Shown: positions 18,115 to 28,053 of the stretch, piece after piece
Layout: each line of letters starts with the position of its first letter
Numbering within the stretch: position 1 is the stretch's first letter
From: an uncultured bacterium
Lineage (GTDB): Bacteria; SAR324; NAC60-12
Reading direction: 5' to 3'
Assembly (NCBI GenBank): GCA_965662235.1
Contig: CBFIGY010000002.1
Coordinates: forward strand, 32,001-96,000
DNA length: 64,000 bases
Program-made: the position numbers and the translations under genes
Notes under the pieces: generated by a model
Seen by the model: only the letters and a program-made list of their open reading frames with translations
Told to the model about the DNA's origin: nothing
The model's database searches: none

Positions 18115-18444
18115 TTAGGCAGCGCTTGTGGCAGGACTAGAAGAAGAACTCTTCTCCGCAGGGGAAGAGGAGCTTCCCTTGTCTGTGCTTCCGGAAGTCG
18201 ACGTGTCGTTCTTGGGAGCAGGGGCGCTGCTCTTGCTTCCAGAGTCACTGGAGCTGGAAGAGGAGCTTCCGTAGCCGTCCTTGTACCAGCCCCCACCCTT
18301 GAGGTGAAACGCACTCCGGGAGACCTTGCGCTCCACAGAGCCTTGTTTTCCGCAGGTGCATTCGGTCAGCGCCGCATCGCTGAACTTCTGCATCTCTTCG
18401 AACGTTTGCCCACAGGTGTGGCAAACATATTCATAGATTGGCAT
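18115..18444 (-). CDS. FmdB-family zinc-ribbon protein
   Basis: MPIYEYVCHTCG...CTCG...FHLKGGGWY followed by Ser-rich tail. Confidence 0.9.
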   Translation of the reverse strand: MPIYEYVCHTCGQTFEEMQKFSDAALTECTCGKQGSVERKVSRSAFHLKGGGWYKDGYGSSSSSSSDSGSKSSAPAPKNDTSTSGSTDKGSSSSPAEKSSSSSPATSAA

Positions 18445-18526
18445 CTTCTCCTTGTTACTGGTAGAGTTTATTTTTTGAGAACAGTGAATTACAAAGATGG
18501 AAAAAATCTATAGCAATCTTCCTTCC

Positions 18527-19279
18527 ATGTCAACGGAATCTCGCTCCTCCACTGAGCTGCAAACCCTGCAGACCAAGGGCTTGCAGAAGTCCTACCGGGG
18601 CCGCAACGCGGTCAAGGGCGTCTCCATTGAAGTCCAACGGGGGCAGGTCGTGGGCCTCCTAGGCCCCAACGGTGCCGGCAAAACGACCACCTTCTACATG
18701 ATCGCCGGAGTCATCCGTCCAGACGCGGGAACCATCACGCTTGGGCCCCACGACATCACCCGGCATCCCATGCACCGACGGGCGCGGTCCGGACTCGGCT
18801 ACCTGCCTCAGGAACGCTCTATTTTCCGCAAACTTTCGGTAGAAGACAACCTCCGAGCCGTAATGGAGCCACTTCCCCTGAAACGGGAGCAGAAACGGGC
18901 TCGGCTGGAGCAGTTGCTCGAAGAGCTCGGCATCCTCCATGTCCGTCGCATCAAGGGATACGCCCTCTCCGGGGGTGAGAGCCGGCGTGCTGAAATCGCC
19001 CGGGCCCTAGCCCTGGACCCTTCGTTCATTCTACTGGATGAGCCCTTTGCCGGCGTCGACCCCATCGCGGTGGCAGACATCCAGGAAATCATCAGGCAGC
19101 TGGCGCAGCGCAACATTGGCGTCCTCATCACCGATCACAACGTCCGGGAGACCTTCGGCATCATTGACTACGGCTACATCATGAACGAAGGAGACCTCCT
19201 CGTCGGCGGCAAACCCCAGGAGCTCGCCGCCGATGAGCAGGCCCGGCAGGTGTACCTGGGTCGTCATTTTTCGATGTAG
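18527..19279 (+). CDS. lptB: LPS export ABC transporter ATPase
   Basis: GLLGPNGAGKTTTFYM, GYLPQE, LSGGE, LLDEPFAGVDP, ITDHNVRET, VYLG; start could also be 18497. Confidence 0.95.
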   Translation: MSTESRSSTELQTLQTKGLQKSYRGRNAVKGVSIEVQRGQVVGLLGPNGAGKTTTFYMIAGVIRPDAGTITLGPHDITRHPMHRRARSGLGYLPQERSIFRKLSVEDNLRAVMEPLPLKREQKRARLEQLLEELGILHVRRIKGYALSGGESRRAEIARALALDPSFILLDEPFAGVDPIAVADIQEIIRQLAQRNIGVLITDHNVRETFGIIDYGYIMNEGDLLVGGKPQELAADEQARQVYLGRHFSM

Positions 19280-19292
19280 GAGAAAGAGGCGT

Positions 19293-19322
19293 TTGACATT
19301 TGAGTGAAATCTTTATAGCAAT
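19293..19322 (+). promoter_or_regulatory. Putative promoter of rpoN
   Basis: Perfect TTGACA, 17 nt, TAGCAAT. Confidence 0.5.
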
Positions 19323-19382
19323 AAGGGTGCCACAGACAGTTACAACAATTCCCTCAAACCTTCACCCTCCGGAGACTCCGTA

Positions 19383-21086
19383 ATGGCCATGCAAATGAAG
19401 CTGCAGATGCGCATGTCGCAGCAGCTGATCATGACCCCGCAGCTGCAGCAGGCGATCAAGCTGCTGCAACTCTCGCGCACTGAGCTGGAGGAATTGATCG
19501 ACCAGACTCTGATTGAGAACCCGGTTCTGGAAGAGGCGATGGACATCGACTCCTTCCCCACCCGAGACGAGACGCCTCAGGAGGCCGCCCCGGAGGGAGA
19601 GGAAGCCCCCGAGGTGATCGCCAGCACCGAAAGCTTTGAGTCCGCCCGCGAGGCAGAGCGCGACGAACAGGCTCCGACCGAAGAGATCGACTGGCAGAAT
19701 TACATGGAACAGGTTGACCAGTATGGGACCTATTCCTCGCGCCCGGCTCCGATGGGAGACGATGAGGAACTTCCCTCCCTAGAAGCAACACTGGCTCAGT
19801 CACAGACCCTTGCCGATCACCTGATCTGGCAACTGGACATGCTGGACCTCCAACCCCTGGCCTACAAGGTTGCCTACAACCTGATTGGCAACATTGAGGA
19901 AGACGGTTACCTCGTCACCAGCATCCAGGAACTGCTGGAGTCTCAGCCCGACCTGCACGACGAAATCCTCTCCGCGATCACCCGGAAGGAAGTAGAGATC
20001 AACCCCGACTTTGCTTCGGAGCTGTTCACCCAAAAGTACCAGCGGGAGCGCCCGACTTCAGAGCGCAAGCGTGGCAAGAACGCCCCTCCTCCCACCTTCG
20101 AGGAAGAGGAAGTCGAAGAGGCCCCGGCAGTTGAGCCAGAGTTCATCATGGTCCATGAGGTCGCCTGCTTTGTCGAAGAGATCCTCCGGGGGCTCCAGGA
20201 GTTTGAGCCCAATGGCGTCGGCGCCCGAAGCCTGAGGGAGTGCCTTCTCATTCAGCTCCGGCTCAGCGGAGAAAGCACAAGCCTGGCCTACCGCATCATT
20301 GAGCAGGACATGGACCTGCTGGAGTCCAAGGACCTCAAGCGCATCGCCCGTCGGCACAAGGAAGACCTTGAGGACGTCATTGAGGCCTACAAGATGATCA
20401 TGGCGCTGGAGCCCAAGCCCGGACGCTCCTTTGTCACCCCGCCGGCCCATCACTACATTGTCCCAGATGTTTACATCTACCAGCAAAACGGGGACTTCCG
20501 AGTGGCGCTCAACGGAAACGGCATTCCCCGCCTGCGGATCAGCCACTACTACCGGGAGCTGTGTGACAACATGGAGGAGGATGGGAACCTCACCAAGGAG
20601 TACATCCAGGAGAAGATCAAGGCGGGACAGTGGCTGATGAAGAGCATTGAGCAGCGTCAGAAGACGATCTACCGCGTCACCAAGAGCATCCTCAAGTTTC
20701 AGCAGGAGTTCTTTGAGCGTGGCATCCACTACCTCAAGCCCCTGGTCCTCAAGGATGTCGCGGAAGACATTGAGGTTCATGAGTCCACGGTCAGCCGCAT
20801 CACCACCAACAAGTACGTCCACACCCCTCAGGGGATCTTTGAGCTCAAGTACTTCTTCACCAGCGGAATCGACCAAGGCGAAGGAGAAGCGGTCTCGTCC
20901 AAACGCATCAAGGACATGATCCAGCAGCTGGTTCAGAATGAAAACCTGCGCAACCCGTATACCGACCTGCAGATCGCTGAAATCCTCCACCGGCGAAGTG
21001 GAATCAAGGTCGCACGAAGAACAGTTGCGAAATACCGAGAAGCTCTTAACATACTTCCATCGAATAAACGCAAGCAGCTCTTCTAA
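19383..21086 (+). CDS. rpoN: RNA polymerase sigma-54 factor
   Basis: MTPQLQQAIKLLQL region I, HESTVSR HTH, ARRTVAKYR RpoN box. Confidence 0.97.
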   Translation: MAMQMKLQMRMSQQLIMTPQLQQAIKLLQLSRTELEELIDQTLIENPVLEEAMDIDSFPTRDETPQEAAPEGEEAPEVIASTESFESAREAERDEQAPTEEIDWQNYMEQVDQYGTYSSRPAPMGDDEELPSLEATLAQSQTLADHLIWQLDMLDLQPLAYKVAYNLIGNIEEDGYLVTSIQELLESQPDLHDEILSAITRKEVEINPDFASELFTQKYQRERPTSERKRGKNAPPPTFEEEEVEEAPAVEPEFIMVHEVACFVEEILRGLQEFEPNGVGARSLRECLLIQLRLSGESTSLAYRIIEQDMDLLESKDLKRIARRHKEDLEDVIEAYKMIMALEPKPGRSFVTPPAHHYIVPDVYIYQQNGDFRVALNGNGIPRLRISHYYRELCDNMEEDGNLTKEYIQEKIKAGQWLMKSIEQRQKTIYRVTKSILKFQQEFFERGIHYLKPLVLKDVAEDIEVHESTVSRITTNKYVHTPQGIFELKYFFTSGIDQGEGEAVSSKRIKDMIQQLVQNENLRNPYTDLQIAEILHRRSGIKVARRTVAKYREALNILPSNKRKQLF

Positions 21087-21106
21087 CCCCAACCGTCAAA
21101 CTCGCC

Positions 21107-21823
21107 ATGGGAATCATCTCACGCTTCACCAATGTCATCCGGGCTTACTCCAATGCTGCCTTGGACAAGGCCGAAGACCCGGAAAAGATGATCAATCAAA
21201 TGCTGACTGACCTGGAGACCAAAAAGCGGCAGGCTAAGGTTCAGGTGACGGAAGCCCTTGCTCAGCAAAAGCGCCTAGAGCGCGACGTTGAGCAGGAAAA
21301 AGCAGAAGCGCAGAAGTGGGAGCAAAAGGCCATCCTCGCCGTCCAGAATGGCAAAGACGATCTGGCCAAGGAAGCCCTCGTCCGCAAGAAGGACCACGAC
21401 TCCCGGGTTCAGGGGTTGGAGGAGCAACTTGCCATTCATCAGCAAAGCACCGACGCCCTGCGCAACGGTTACCAGCAGATGGATGACAAGATTGAGGAAA
21501 TCAAGCGCAAGAAGAGTCTCTTGGTTGCCAAGCAAAAGACCGCTGAGGCACAGGAACAGATTTATCAGACCATCCAGGGCTTCGGAGACACTTCTGGCGC
21601 ACTGGATACCATTGAACGCATGGAGGAGAAGGTGGACAACATGCAGGCCCGTGCCGAAGCCATGCAGGAGATCAGCTTGGACTCAGAAACCGACTCGCTG
21701 GAGAAGAAGTTCAAGGAGCTTGAAGGCGGCGGCGGTGGAGACACGGACATTGAGGCGCAGCTGCTTGCCCTCAAGCAAAAAGCAGCTCTCCCTGCTCCTG
21801 AGGACAAAGCCGACTCCAAGTAA
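21107..21823 (+). CDS. pspA: PspA/IM30 family protein
   Basis: MGIISRF..LDKAEDPEKM, DLAKEAL, ERMEEKV, LEKKFKEL. Confidence 0.92.
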   Translation: MGIISRFTNVIRAYSNAALDKAEDPEKMINQMLTDLETKKRQAKVQVTEALAQQKRLERDVEQEKAEAQKWEQKAILAVQNGKDDLAKEALVRKKDHDSRVQGLEEQLAIHQQSTDALRNGYQQMDDKIEEIKRKKSLLVAKQKTAEAQEQIYQTIQGFGDTSGALDTIERMEEKVDNMQARAEAMQEISLDSETDSLEKKFKELEGGGGGDTDIEAQLLALKQKAALPAPEDKADSK

Positions 21824-21885
21824 ACGAAGCCACCCACGCCTCCCTCCGGAGGCGTCCTCCCATCTGTTCCGACCCCGTCTGTCCC

Positions 21886-23184
21886 ATGGCCCTCTTTGCC
21901 GAACGCAACCAGCGCATTGACACCGAAAACGCCTTCAAGGTTGGTCCCCACATCAGCCGGGTTGAACACACCCACCGCCCGGTGGTCAAACTAAACCTAG
22001 GGGAGCCCGACTTTGACCTTCCGGAACACATCCGCGCCGAGGTCAAACGCCAGCTGGATCAGGGCAACACGCATTACTGTGATCCGCAGGGGCTACCGTC
22101 ACTGCGCCAGGCCATCAGTCAGCAGGTCAACACCACCCGAGGCCTAAGCACCACCCCTGAGCAAGTGGTCGTCTTCCCCGGAGGCAAGCCCTCCATTGGC
22201 TTTGCCCAGCAGGTCTACTGCAACCCCGGAGACGAAGTCATTTACCCAAGTCCCGGGTTTCCCATCTATGAGTCCTTCATCCGTTACGTCGGGGCAACCC
22301 CGGTTCCCCTGCACCTAGAAGAAGCCAACGGCTTCACCCTCGAGGCCGAACAGCTGGAGGCCCTGATCACTCCGAAGACCAAGCTCATTTACCTGAACTT
22401 CCCCTCCAATCCCACCGGAGGAGTGGCCAGTCAGGCGCAACTGGAGGCCGTCGCCGAAGTCATCCTCCGTTGCACGTCCCCGGACGTCCGAGTCTATTCG
22501 GATGAGATCTATGAGAACATCCTCTTCGACGGCCTGACGCACAGGTCGATCGCGTCGGTTCCCGGACTGGCTGAGCGTACCATCATCGCCAGTGGCTTTT
22601 CCAAAACCTACGCCTGGACCGGCGGCCGCATTGGCTACGCGGTCTTCCCAACCGTTGCAGAAGCCGCTTACTTCAAGACGCTCAACATCAACTACTTCTC
22701 CTGCGTTGCCCCGTACAACCAAGAAGGTGCCCGGCTTGCGTTGGAGAGCCCGGAATCGGCTCCGGTCATCCGCCAGATGGTGGCGACCTTTGAGCAACGT
22801 CGCGACGTGGTGCTCGGACTGCTAAACAGCCTAGACGGTGTCCACTGCGCCCGGCCCGGAGGTGCCTTTTACCTCTTCCCTAACATTGCAGGCGTTTGCG
22901 AAAAACTGGGGCTGCTTGAGCACTACCAGCAACTTCCGGAAGCCGTTCAGCAGAAGACGTCGCCGTCCGGACTGTTTCAGATGTTTGCGCTCTACGCCCA
23001 CCAGGTCGCCGTCCTCGACCGCCCTTCCTTCGGACAGCTCGGCGCCGCCGGCAAACACTTCCTGCGCCTTTCCACTGCCTCAGAATTGCCCCTGCTCGAA
23101 GAAGGGGTCAAGCGCCTGAAGGCTGCTACCCAAGATTCTGCTGGACTGGAAGCCTTCCTCAAGGAACGCCCTGATTTATCCTGA
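21886..23184 (+). CDS. PLP-dependent aminotransferase class I/II
   Basis: LGEPDF, PSNPTG, SDEIY, SGFSKTYAWTGGRIG, GAFY. Confidence 0.92.
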   Translation: MALFAERNQRIDTENAFKVGPHISRVEHTHRPVVKLNLGEPDFDLPEHIRAEVKRQLDQGNTHYCDPQGLPSLRQAISQQVNTTRGLSTTPEQVVVFPGGKPSIGFAQQVYCNPGDEVIYPSPGFPIYESFIRYVGATPVPLHLEEANGFTLEAEQLEALITPKTKLIYLNFPSNPTGGVASQAQLEAVAEVILRCTSPDVRVYSDEIYENILFDGLTHRSIASVPGLAERTIIASGFSKTYAWTGGRIGYAVFPTVAEAAYFKTLNINYFSCVAPYNQEGARLALESPESAPVIRQMVATFEQRRDVVLGLLNSLDGVHCARPGGAFYLFPNIAGVCEKLGLLEHYQQLPEAVQQKTSPSGLFQMFALYAHQVAVLDRPSFGQLGAAGKHFLRLSTASELPLLEEGVKRLKAATQDSAGLEAFLKERPDLS

Positions 23185-23217
23185 ACCACCGCCGCTTTCC
23201 TCCTCGTTGGAGCCATC

Positions 23218-24261
23218 ATGAGAGATATTTGGTCTGATTTAACCCAGTATGACGCTGCAGGCGCCCCCTTTGCGATTGCCCGGGTGGTGCAGACCTGGCG
23301 TTCGGCCCCCCGTAGCTCAGGCGCTGGCATGCTCATCACGCCTGACATGAAGGTCGTCGGCTCCGTCAGTGGCGGATGCATCGAAGGAGCCGTCATTGAA
23401 GAGGCCCTGGAGGTCCTGAAGACCCAAGAAGGGCGCCGGGTGACCTATGGTGTTGAAGACGAACTGGCCCTGTCTGTGGGGCTCTCCTGTGGTGGAAAGG
23501 TCTCGGTCTTCATTGAACCGCACTGGGGACAGAATCCGAACGCCGGCACCCAAGACATCTGGAAGGCCCTGCAGCAGTGCCTGAGCGACAACGAGCCTGC
23601 GGTGCTCCTCACCCGACTCTCTGGAACCGGCGCCCCGCACCTGCTCGTCCGTCCGGGACAGGCCGCCGTCGGCGACTGGGAGGCCCTTCAAGACGACGCC
23701 CTTGCTGAGGCGCATTCCGCTTACGCCGCTCGTGAAAATCGGGTTTCTCCCCTAGGAGACTCGGAGGTCTTCTTCCAGGTCTTCCCCCGTCGTGATCAGC
23801 TCCTCATCATTGGCGCTGGACACATGACGGTCCCGCTGGTTCAGTTTGCGCAGGCGCTGGACTTCCAGACGGTGGTCATTGATCCCCGGAAGGTCTTCGC
23901 CACCAAAGAACGTTTCCCCACGCCTCCGGATGTACTGATTCCCGAGTGGCCTCAAGACGCCCTTCCTCAGCGTCCGTTGAACGAGGACACCTACGCCATC
24001 CTCCTGACACACGACCCGAAGATCGACGACCCCGCCCTGCACCTGTTGCTCCGTCAACCGCTGCGTTACATCGGCGCTCTGGGCTCCCGGAAGACGCATG
24101 CCAAGCGCTGCGATCGTCTCCGTGAGGCAGGCTTCACCGAAGACGAGATCGCTCGCATCAAGGGTCCGGCCGGCCTCGACATTCAAGCCCAAACGGCAGC
24201 AGAGATCGCCTTGAGCATGATTGCCGAGGTGGTTGCTGCCAAGCGGGACGCCCTCGACTGA
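23218..24261 (+). CDS. XdhC/CoxI family molybdoenzyme accessory protein
   Basis: SAPR, GSVSGGCIE, GLSCGG, GAGH, THDPKID, YIGALGSR, PAGLDI. Confidence 0.92.
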   Translation: MRDIWSDLTQYDAAGAPFAIARVVQTWRSAPRSSGAGMLITPDMKVVGSVSGGCIEGAVIEEALEVLKTQEGRRVTYGVEDELALSVGLSCGGKVSVFIEPHWGQNPNAGTQDIWKALQQCLSDNEPAVLLTRLSGTGAPHLLVRPGQAAVGDWEALQDDALAEAHSAYAARENRVSPLGDSEVFFQVFPRRDQLLIIGAGHMTVPLVQFAQALDFQTVVIDPRKVFATKERFPTPPDVLIPEWPQDALPQRPLNEDTYAILLTHDPKIDDPALHLLLRQPLRYIGALGSRKTHAKRCDRLREAGFTEDEIARIKGPAGLDIQAQTAAEIALSMIAEVVAAKRDALD

Positions 24262-24341
24262 CCACCTTGTTTCCCACGGAGGGCTCTCCACCCGTCAGCC
24301 CTCCGCCTTAATTCAGACACCATTCAACGTCTTCTCCCTTC

Positions 24342-25175
24342 ATGCATGCTGTCCACGAGCCGCTGAGCTACGTCCAGGCAACTGTTCTGGGCCTGGTTCA
24401 GGGGCTCACCGAGTTCCTGCCCATCAGCAGTACCGCCCACCTTCGGGTGGTCCCCTACTTTCTCGGCTGGAATGACCCCGGTGCCGAATTCTCTGCGGTC
24501 ATCCAGCTAGGCACCCTCATCGCAGTCCTCATCTACTTCTGGCGCGATGTCCTCAACCTCATTGCCGGAGGCATCCGGGGGATCATCCACCGTGAGTTTG
24601 AAACCGATACCGACGCCCGCCTTGCCTGGGGCATCGCCCTGGGGACCATTCCAGTGGTTGTGCTGGGGCTCGGCTTCAAGGACTTCATCAAAACCGAGGC
24701 CCGCGAATTATGGGTCATCAGCGCCGCCTTGATCGGCCTCGCCCTCTTGCTCTGGTGGGCAGAAGAGCGCTCCACCGGCGACAAGGAGGTTCGGCAGCTG
24801 AGCTTCCGGGACATCCTCTGGATTGGGCTGTGTCAGGCGCTGGCGCTCATTCCTGGCTCCTCTCGTTCCGGATCCACCATCATGGGAGGTCTGCTGATTG
24901 GTCTCAACCGTGCCGAAGCCGCCCGGTTTTCCTTCCTGCTTGGGCTCCCTGCGATCTTTGGGAGCGGGCTCTTTGAGCTGTATGAGCTGGCCCAAACAGG
25001 CTTTGGCAACACCGGCATTCCGCAGATCCTTGTGGGCATCGCCGCAGCCTTTGTCAGCGGATACCTTTCCATTGAGTTCCTCCTGCGCTTTCTGAAGCGC
25101 CACGGCACCTTTGCCTTTGTTGTGTACCGCGTGGGCCTGGGGCTCCTGATTGGATTGATGTCATGGGCCGGCTGA
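24342..25175 (+). CDS. uppP: Undecaprenyl-diphosphate phosphatase
   Basis: QGLTEFLPISSTAHL, IQLG, PGSSRSGSTI, AARFSFLL. Confidence 0.96.
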   Translation: MHAVHEPLSYVQATVLGLVQGLTEFLPISSTAHLRVVPYFLGWNDPGAEFSAVIQLGTLIAVLIYFWRDVLNLIAGGIRGIIHREFETDTDARLAWGIALGTIPVVVLGLGFKDFIKTEARELWVISAALIGLALLLWWAEERSTGDKEVRQLSFRDILWIGLCQALALIPGSSRSGSTIMGGLLIGLNRAEAARFSFLLGLPAIFGSGLFELYELAQTGFGNTGIPQILVGIAAAFVSGYLSIEFLLRFLKRHGTFAFVVYRVGLGLLIGLMSWAG

Positions 25176-26626
25176 TCCTCCTGCTGCTGGGACTCTTCCC
25201 CAGCCTCGTTTGGGCACAGGCGTCCCTCCGGGTCGAGCAGTCTGTGGTCCGGATCACCAACTACCAGCAGACGCCTGACTGGCAGGAGCCGTGGCGGCTT
25301 TCGCCCACCATCTCCAACACCGGAAGTGGCTTCCTCATTGAAGGCGGCCTCATCCTCACCAACGCCCATGTCGTCAGTGACTCTCGGATGCTGCTGGTCA
25401 ACAAGCACTCCAATCCGGAGCCGTACATTGCGCGTGTGTACGCTGTGGCACACGACTCCGATCTCGCTCTGCTTGAGGTCCAGGATCCGGAGTTTCAGAA
25501 CGACCTCACGCCTCTGCCATTCGGAGAGTTGCCTCAACTCCAGAGCCGCGTCCGGGCCTATGGTTACCCGCAGGGAGGACAGGACCTCTCCCGCACAGAA
25601 GGGGTCGTGTCGCGCATTGAGTTCGGAACCTACGTTCACCCAGGCATTGACGCGCACCTGCTGGTTCAGACCGACTCGGCCATCAACCCAGGCAACAGCG
25701 GCGGCCCGGTCATTCAAGACGGCCTTGTCGTCGGAGTCGCCTTTCAGTCGAACCTGCGCCTGAACGACGTGGGCTACTTCATCCCCACACCGCTGGTGCG
25801 ACGCTTCCTGAAGGACATCGAAGACGGGCACTACGACGGGGTTCCCGAGATTGGCATTCAGACGACTTCCCTGCTCAATCGGCACCTCCGTGACTACCTG
25901 GAGCTTCCGGAGGGGCAAGAGGGGGTGATTGTGGAACGCGTGCTGCCCGGCTCTTCAGCCGACGGGTTGCTGCAGCCCGGAGACGTCTTGCTTGAGGTGG
26001 GCCCCCGGAAGCTGGACCTGGCAGGAATGGTCCCTTACAAGGGACAGATTGTGGACTTCTTCATTGAATCGGAGGAGAAGCAAGTCGGTGACCCGCTACC
26101 GTTGAAGATCTGGCGGAGCGGCACCCTGAAGGAGGTCACGCTGAGCCTGAAGCCTCCGCCCTTCAGCAACGAGCTGCGCAACAGCTACGACCGGCTTCCG
26201 GAGTACCGCATTTACGGAGGACTCGTGTTTGTCGTGCTCTCCCGGAATCTCATCCAGGCCCAAAAAGGATTTCCGCCGGTGCTGGCCTACGAACACTGGT
26301 TCCGGGAAGCCGAGCAGCCGGGAACGCGCCGGCAGCAAGTGGTGGTGGTGTCTCAGGTGTTGCCGCTTCCCTGCAATGCTGGATACGCTGGCCTTGAGAA
26401 TTATGTGGTCGATGAAGTGAACGGGGTGCGCATCACCTCGCTGGCCCACCTTGATCAGGTGCTGCAGAACCTTCCAGAGGAAGAGCGCTTCCTGGTCCTG
26501 ACCAGTGAATGGAGCCCCACCCCGGTCATCCTCAACCGCCAGGAAGCAGAAGCGCAGGAGCCCGAACTGTTCAAACGCTACGGCATTCCGGCCCTGAAAC
26601 GCCTAGCTTCCTCGGAGGCGTCATGA
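25163..26626 (+). CDS. Deg/HtrA serine protease of plant Deg2/Deg9-like architecture (trypsin plus two PDZ-like domains)
   Basis: GSGF, TNAHVV, DLALL, AINPGNSGGP catalytic triad; YRIYGGLVF...VVVSQVLP...NAGY second PDZ. Confidence 0.92.
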   Translation: MGRLILLLLGLFPSLVWAQASLRVEQSVVRITNYQQTPDWQEPWRLSPTISNTGSGFLIEGGLILTNAHVVSDSRMLLVNKHSNPEPYIARVYAVAHDSDLALLEVQDPEFQNDLTPLPFGELPQLQSRVRAYGYPQGGQDLSRTEGVVSRIEFGTYVHPGIDAHLLVQTDSAINPGNSGGPVIQDGLVVGVAFQSNLRLNDVGYFIPTPLVRRFLKDIEDGHYDGVPEIGIQTTSLLNRHLRDYLELPEGQEGVIVERVLPGSSADGLLQPGDVLLEVGPRKLDLAGMVPYKGQIVDFFIESEEKQVGDPLPLKIWRSGTLKEVTLSLKPPPFSNELRNSYDRLPEYRIYGGLVFVVLSRNLIQAQKGFPPVLAYEHWFREAEQPGTRRQQVVVVSQVLPLPCNAGYAGLENYVVDEVNGVRITSLAHLDQVLQNLPEEERFLVLTSEWSPTPVILNRQEAEAQEPELFKRYGIPALKRLASSEAS

Positions 26627-28053
26627 GAGCCGGACTGTTCTTCCTCCTGCTCGTTTGGAGCACGCTCTCCTGGGCGGCTCCGGAGCACTCGGCGCCCCCG
26701 CTCGCCACTGTGGAGGTCTACCGTCAGGACTACGACTGGCTCACTCCGTGGAACCGAAAATCGGTGGAATCGGAGACCGCTCGTGCGTGGCAGGTGCAGC
26801 AGGGGTGGTGGCTGACCACCGCAGATGTTGTTGGGAATGCCTCCCTCGTTCAGCTCCGGCCTCTGGGACAGCCCACCAGTCAGGAAGCCCAGATCCGCTT
26901 CTTTGATGATGACGCCAACCTAGCGTTGCTGGAGACCGCGTCTCCTGACAACACCTCTACTGTCACTTGGGGAGAAGCCACCCCCGGAGAGGCGACCGTG
27001 GCCTACTTCGACCACCAGGGAGCGCAAGAAGGCTCCATCACCCTCGATCAGCTGGCACTGGGCTTCCGGAAGCAGACCGACACCTGGCTGCCGGTGTACA
27101 CCGGTTCCATGGGAGACCTTCCTCTTACGTCAGGCCTGCCGGTATTGCAGTCCGGAGGCGTCATTGGCATGATGGTGCAACGGGGTTCGGCACCTCCGCA
27201 CCTTCTGCCGGCTCAGATTCTGGAAAACTTTGTGGAGCAGGCTCACTCCGGAACCCTCGCCCGCTTGCCTCAACGGGGCTTCAACTGGGGCATGATTCCC
27301 CAGCCCAGTGTTGCCGCACAGCAAGGCTTCCCGGAAGATGCCCAGGGCGCTTGGATCACCCAGGTTCTGGAAAGCGGCACCGGCTCAGAAGTTCTGCAGC
27401 AGTTTGACCTCTTGACCCGCATCAACGAGTGGGAAGTGGACTTTGAGGGACAGATTCGCCACCCGCAGTGGGGCCGTGTGCCCTTGGACGTCCTGCTGAT
27501 GAACCAGTTTTCCGCTGGAGACGTGGTGCAGCTGGAGGTCTACCGAGGCTCCCAAAAGCAGCTCTTGACCACGACCATTGCCGCCCGTCAGGTCAACCGC
27601 CACCTCCCACTCCGAACCCGGAACCAAGCTCCACGGTACGTGCTCCGCGGCGGCCTCCTGTTTCAAGAACTGACCTACGACTACCTGAGCATCTGGGGCG
27701 AACGCTGGGCCGATCAAGCCCCCGTCCGGCTGAGGCTGTTTCCGCTCCTAGATGAGCTGCGTCCGGGAAATTCCAACCAGCGCATTGTCCTTCTGTCTCA
27801 GGTCCTTCCGGATGCCATCAACATTGGCTACGAGGACCTGGAACACGAGGTGGTGGAGGCCGTCAACGGTCAGCCCATCCACCGCCTAGAAGACCTCCTC
27901 AAGGCCCTGGAATCGCCACAAGGGGGCTACCACCGGATTGAATTCATGTCAGGTGCAACCCGGCATCAGGTGGTTCTTCCTGTTGACGAGTTGCCTGCCG
28001 CGCATCAACGGCTGATGCGCAACTACCAAATCCCTGCTCTGGAGCACCTGTGA
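26623..28053 (+). CDS. Catalytically degenerate Deg-like paralogue
   Basis: Same layout (YVLRGGLLF, VLLSQVLPDAINIGY) but TTADVV, NLALL and LTSGLP at the triad positions; ATGA overlap. Confidence 0.8.
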   Translation: MRAGLFFLLLVWSTLSWAAPEHSAPPLATVEVYRQDYDWLTPWNRKSVESETARAWQVQQGWWLTTADVVGNASLVQLRPLGQPTSQEAQIRFFDDDANLALLETASPDNTSTVTWGEATPGEATVAYFDHQGAQEGSITLDQLALGFRKQTDTWLPVYTGSMGDLPLTSGLPVLQSGGVIGMMVQRGSAPPHLLPAQILENFVEQAHSGTLARLPQRGFNWGMIPQPSVAAQQGFPEDAQGAWITQVLESGTGSEVLQQFDLLTRINEWEVDFEGQIRHPQWGRVPLDVLLMNQFSAGDVVQLEVYRGSQKQLLTTTIAARQVNRHLPLRTRNQAPRYVLRGGLLFQELTYDYLSIWGERWADQAPVRLRLFPLLDELRPGNSNQRIVLLSQVLPDAINIGYEDLEHEVVEAVNGQPIHRLEDLLKALESPQGGYHRIEFMSGATRHQVVLPVDELPAAHQRLMRNYQIPALEHL

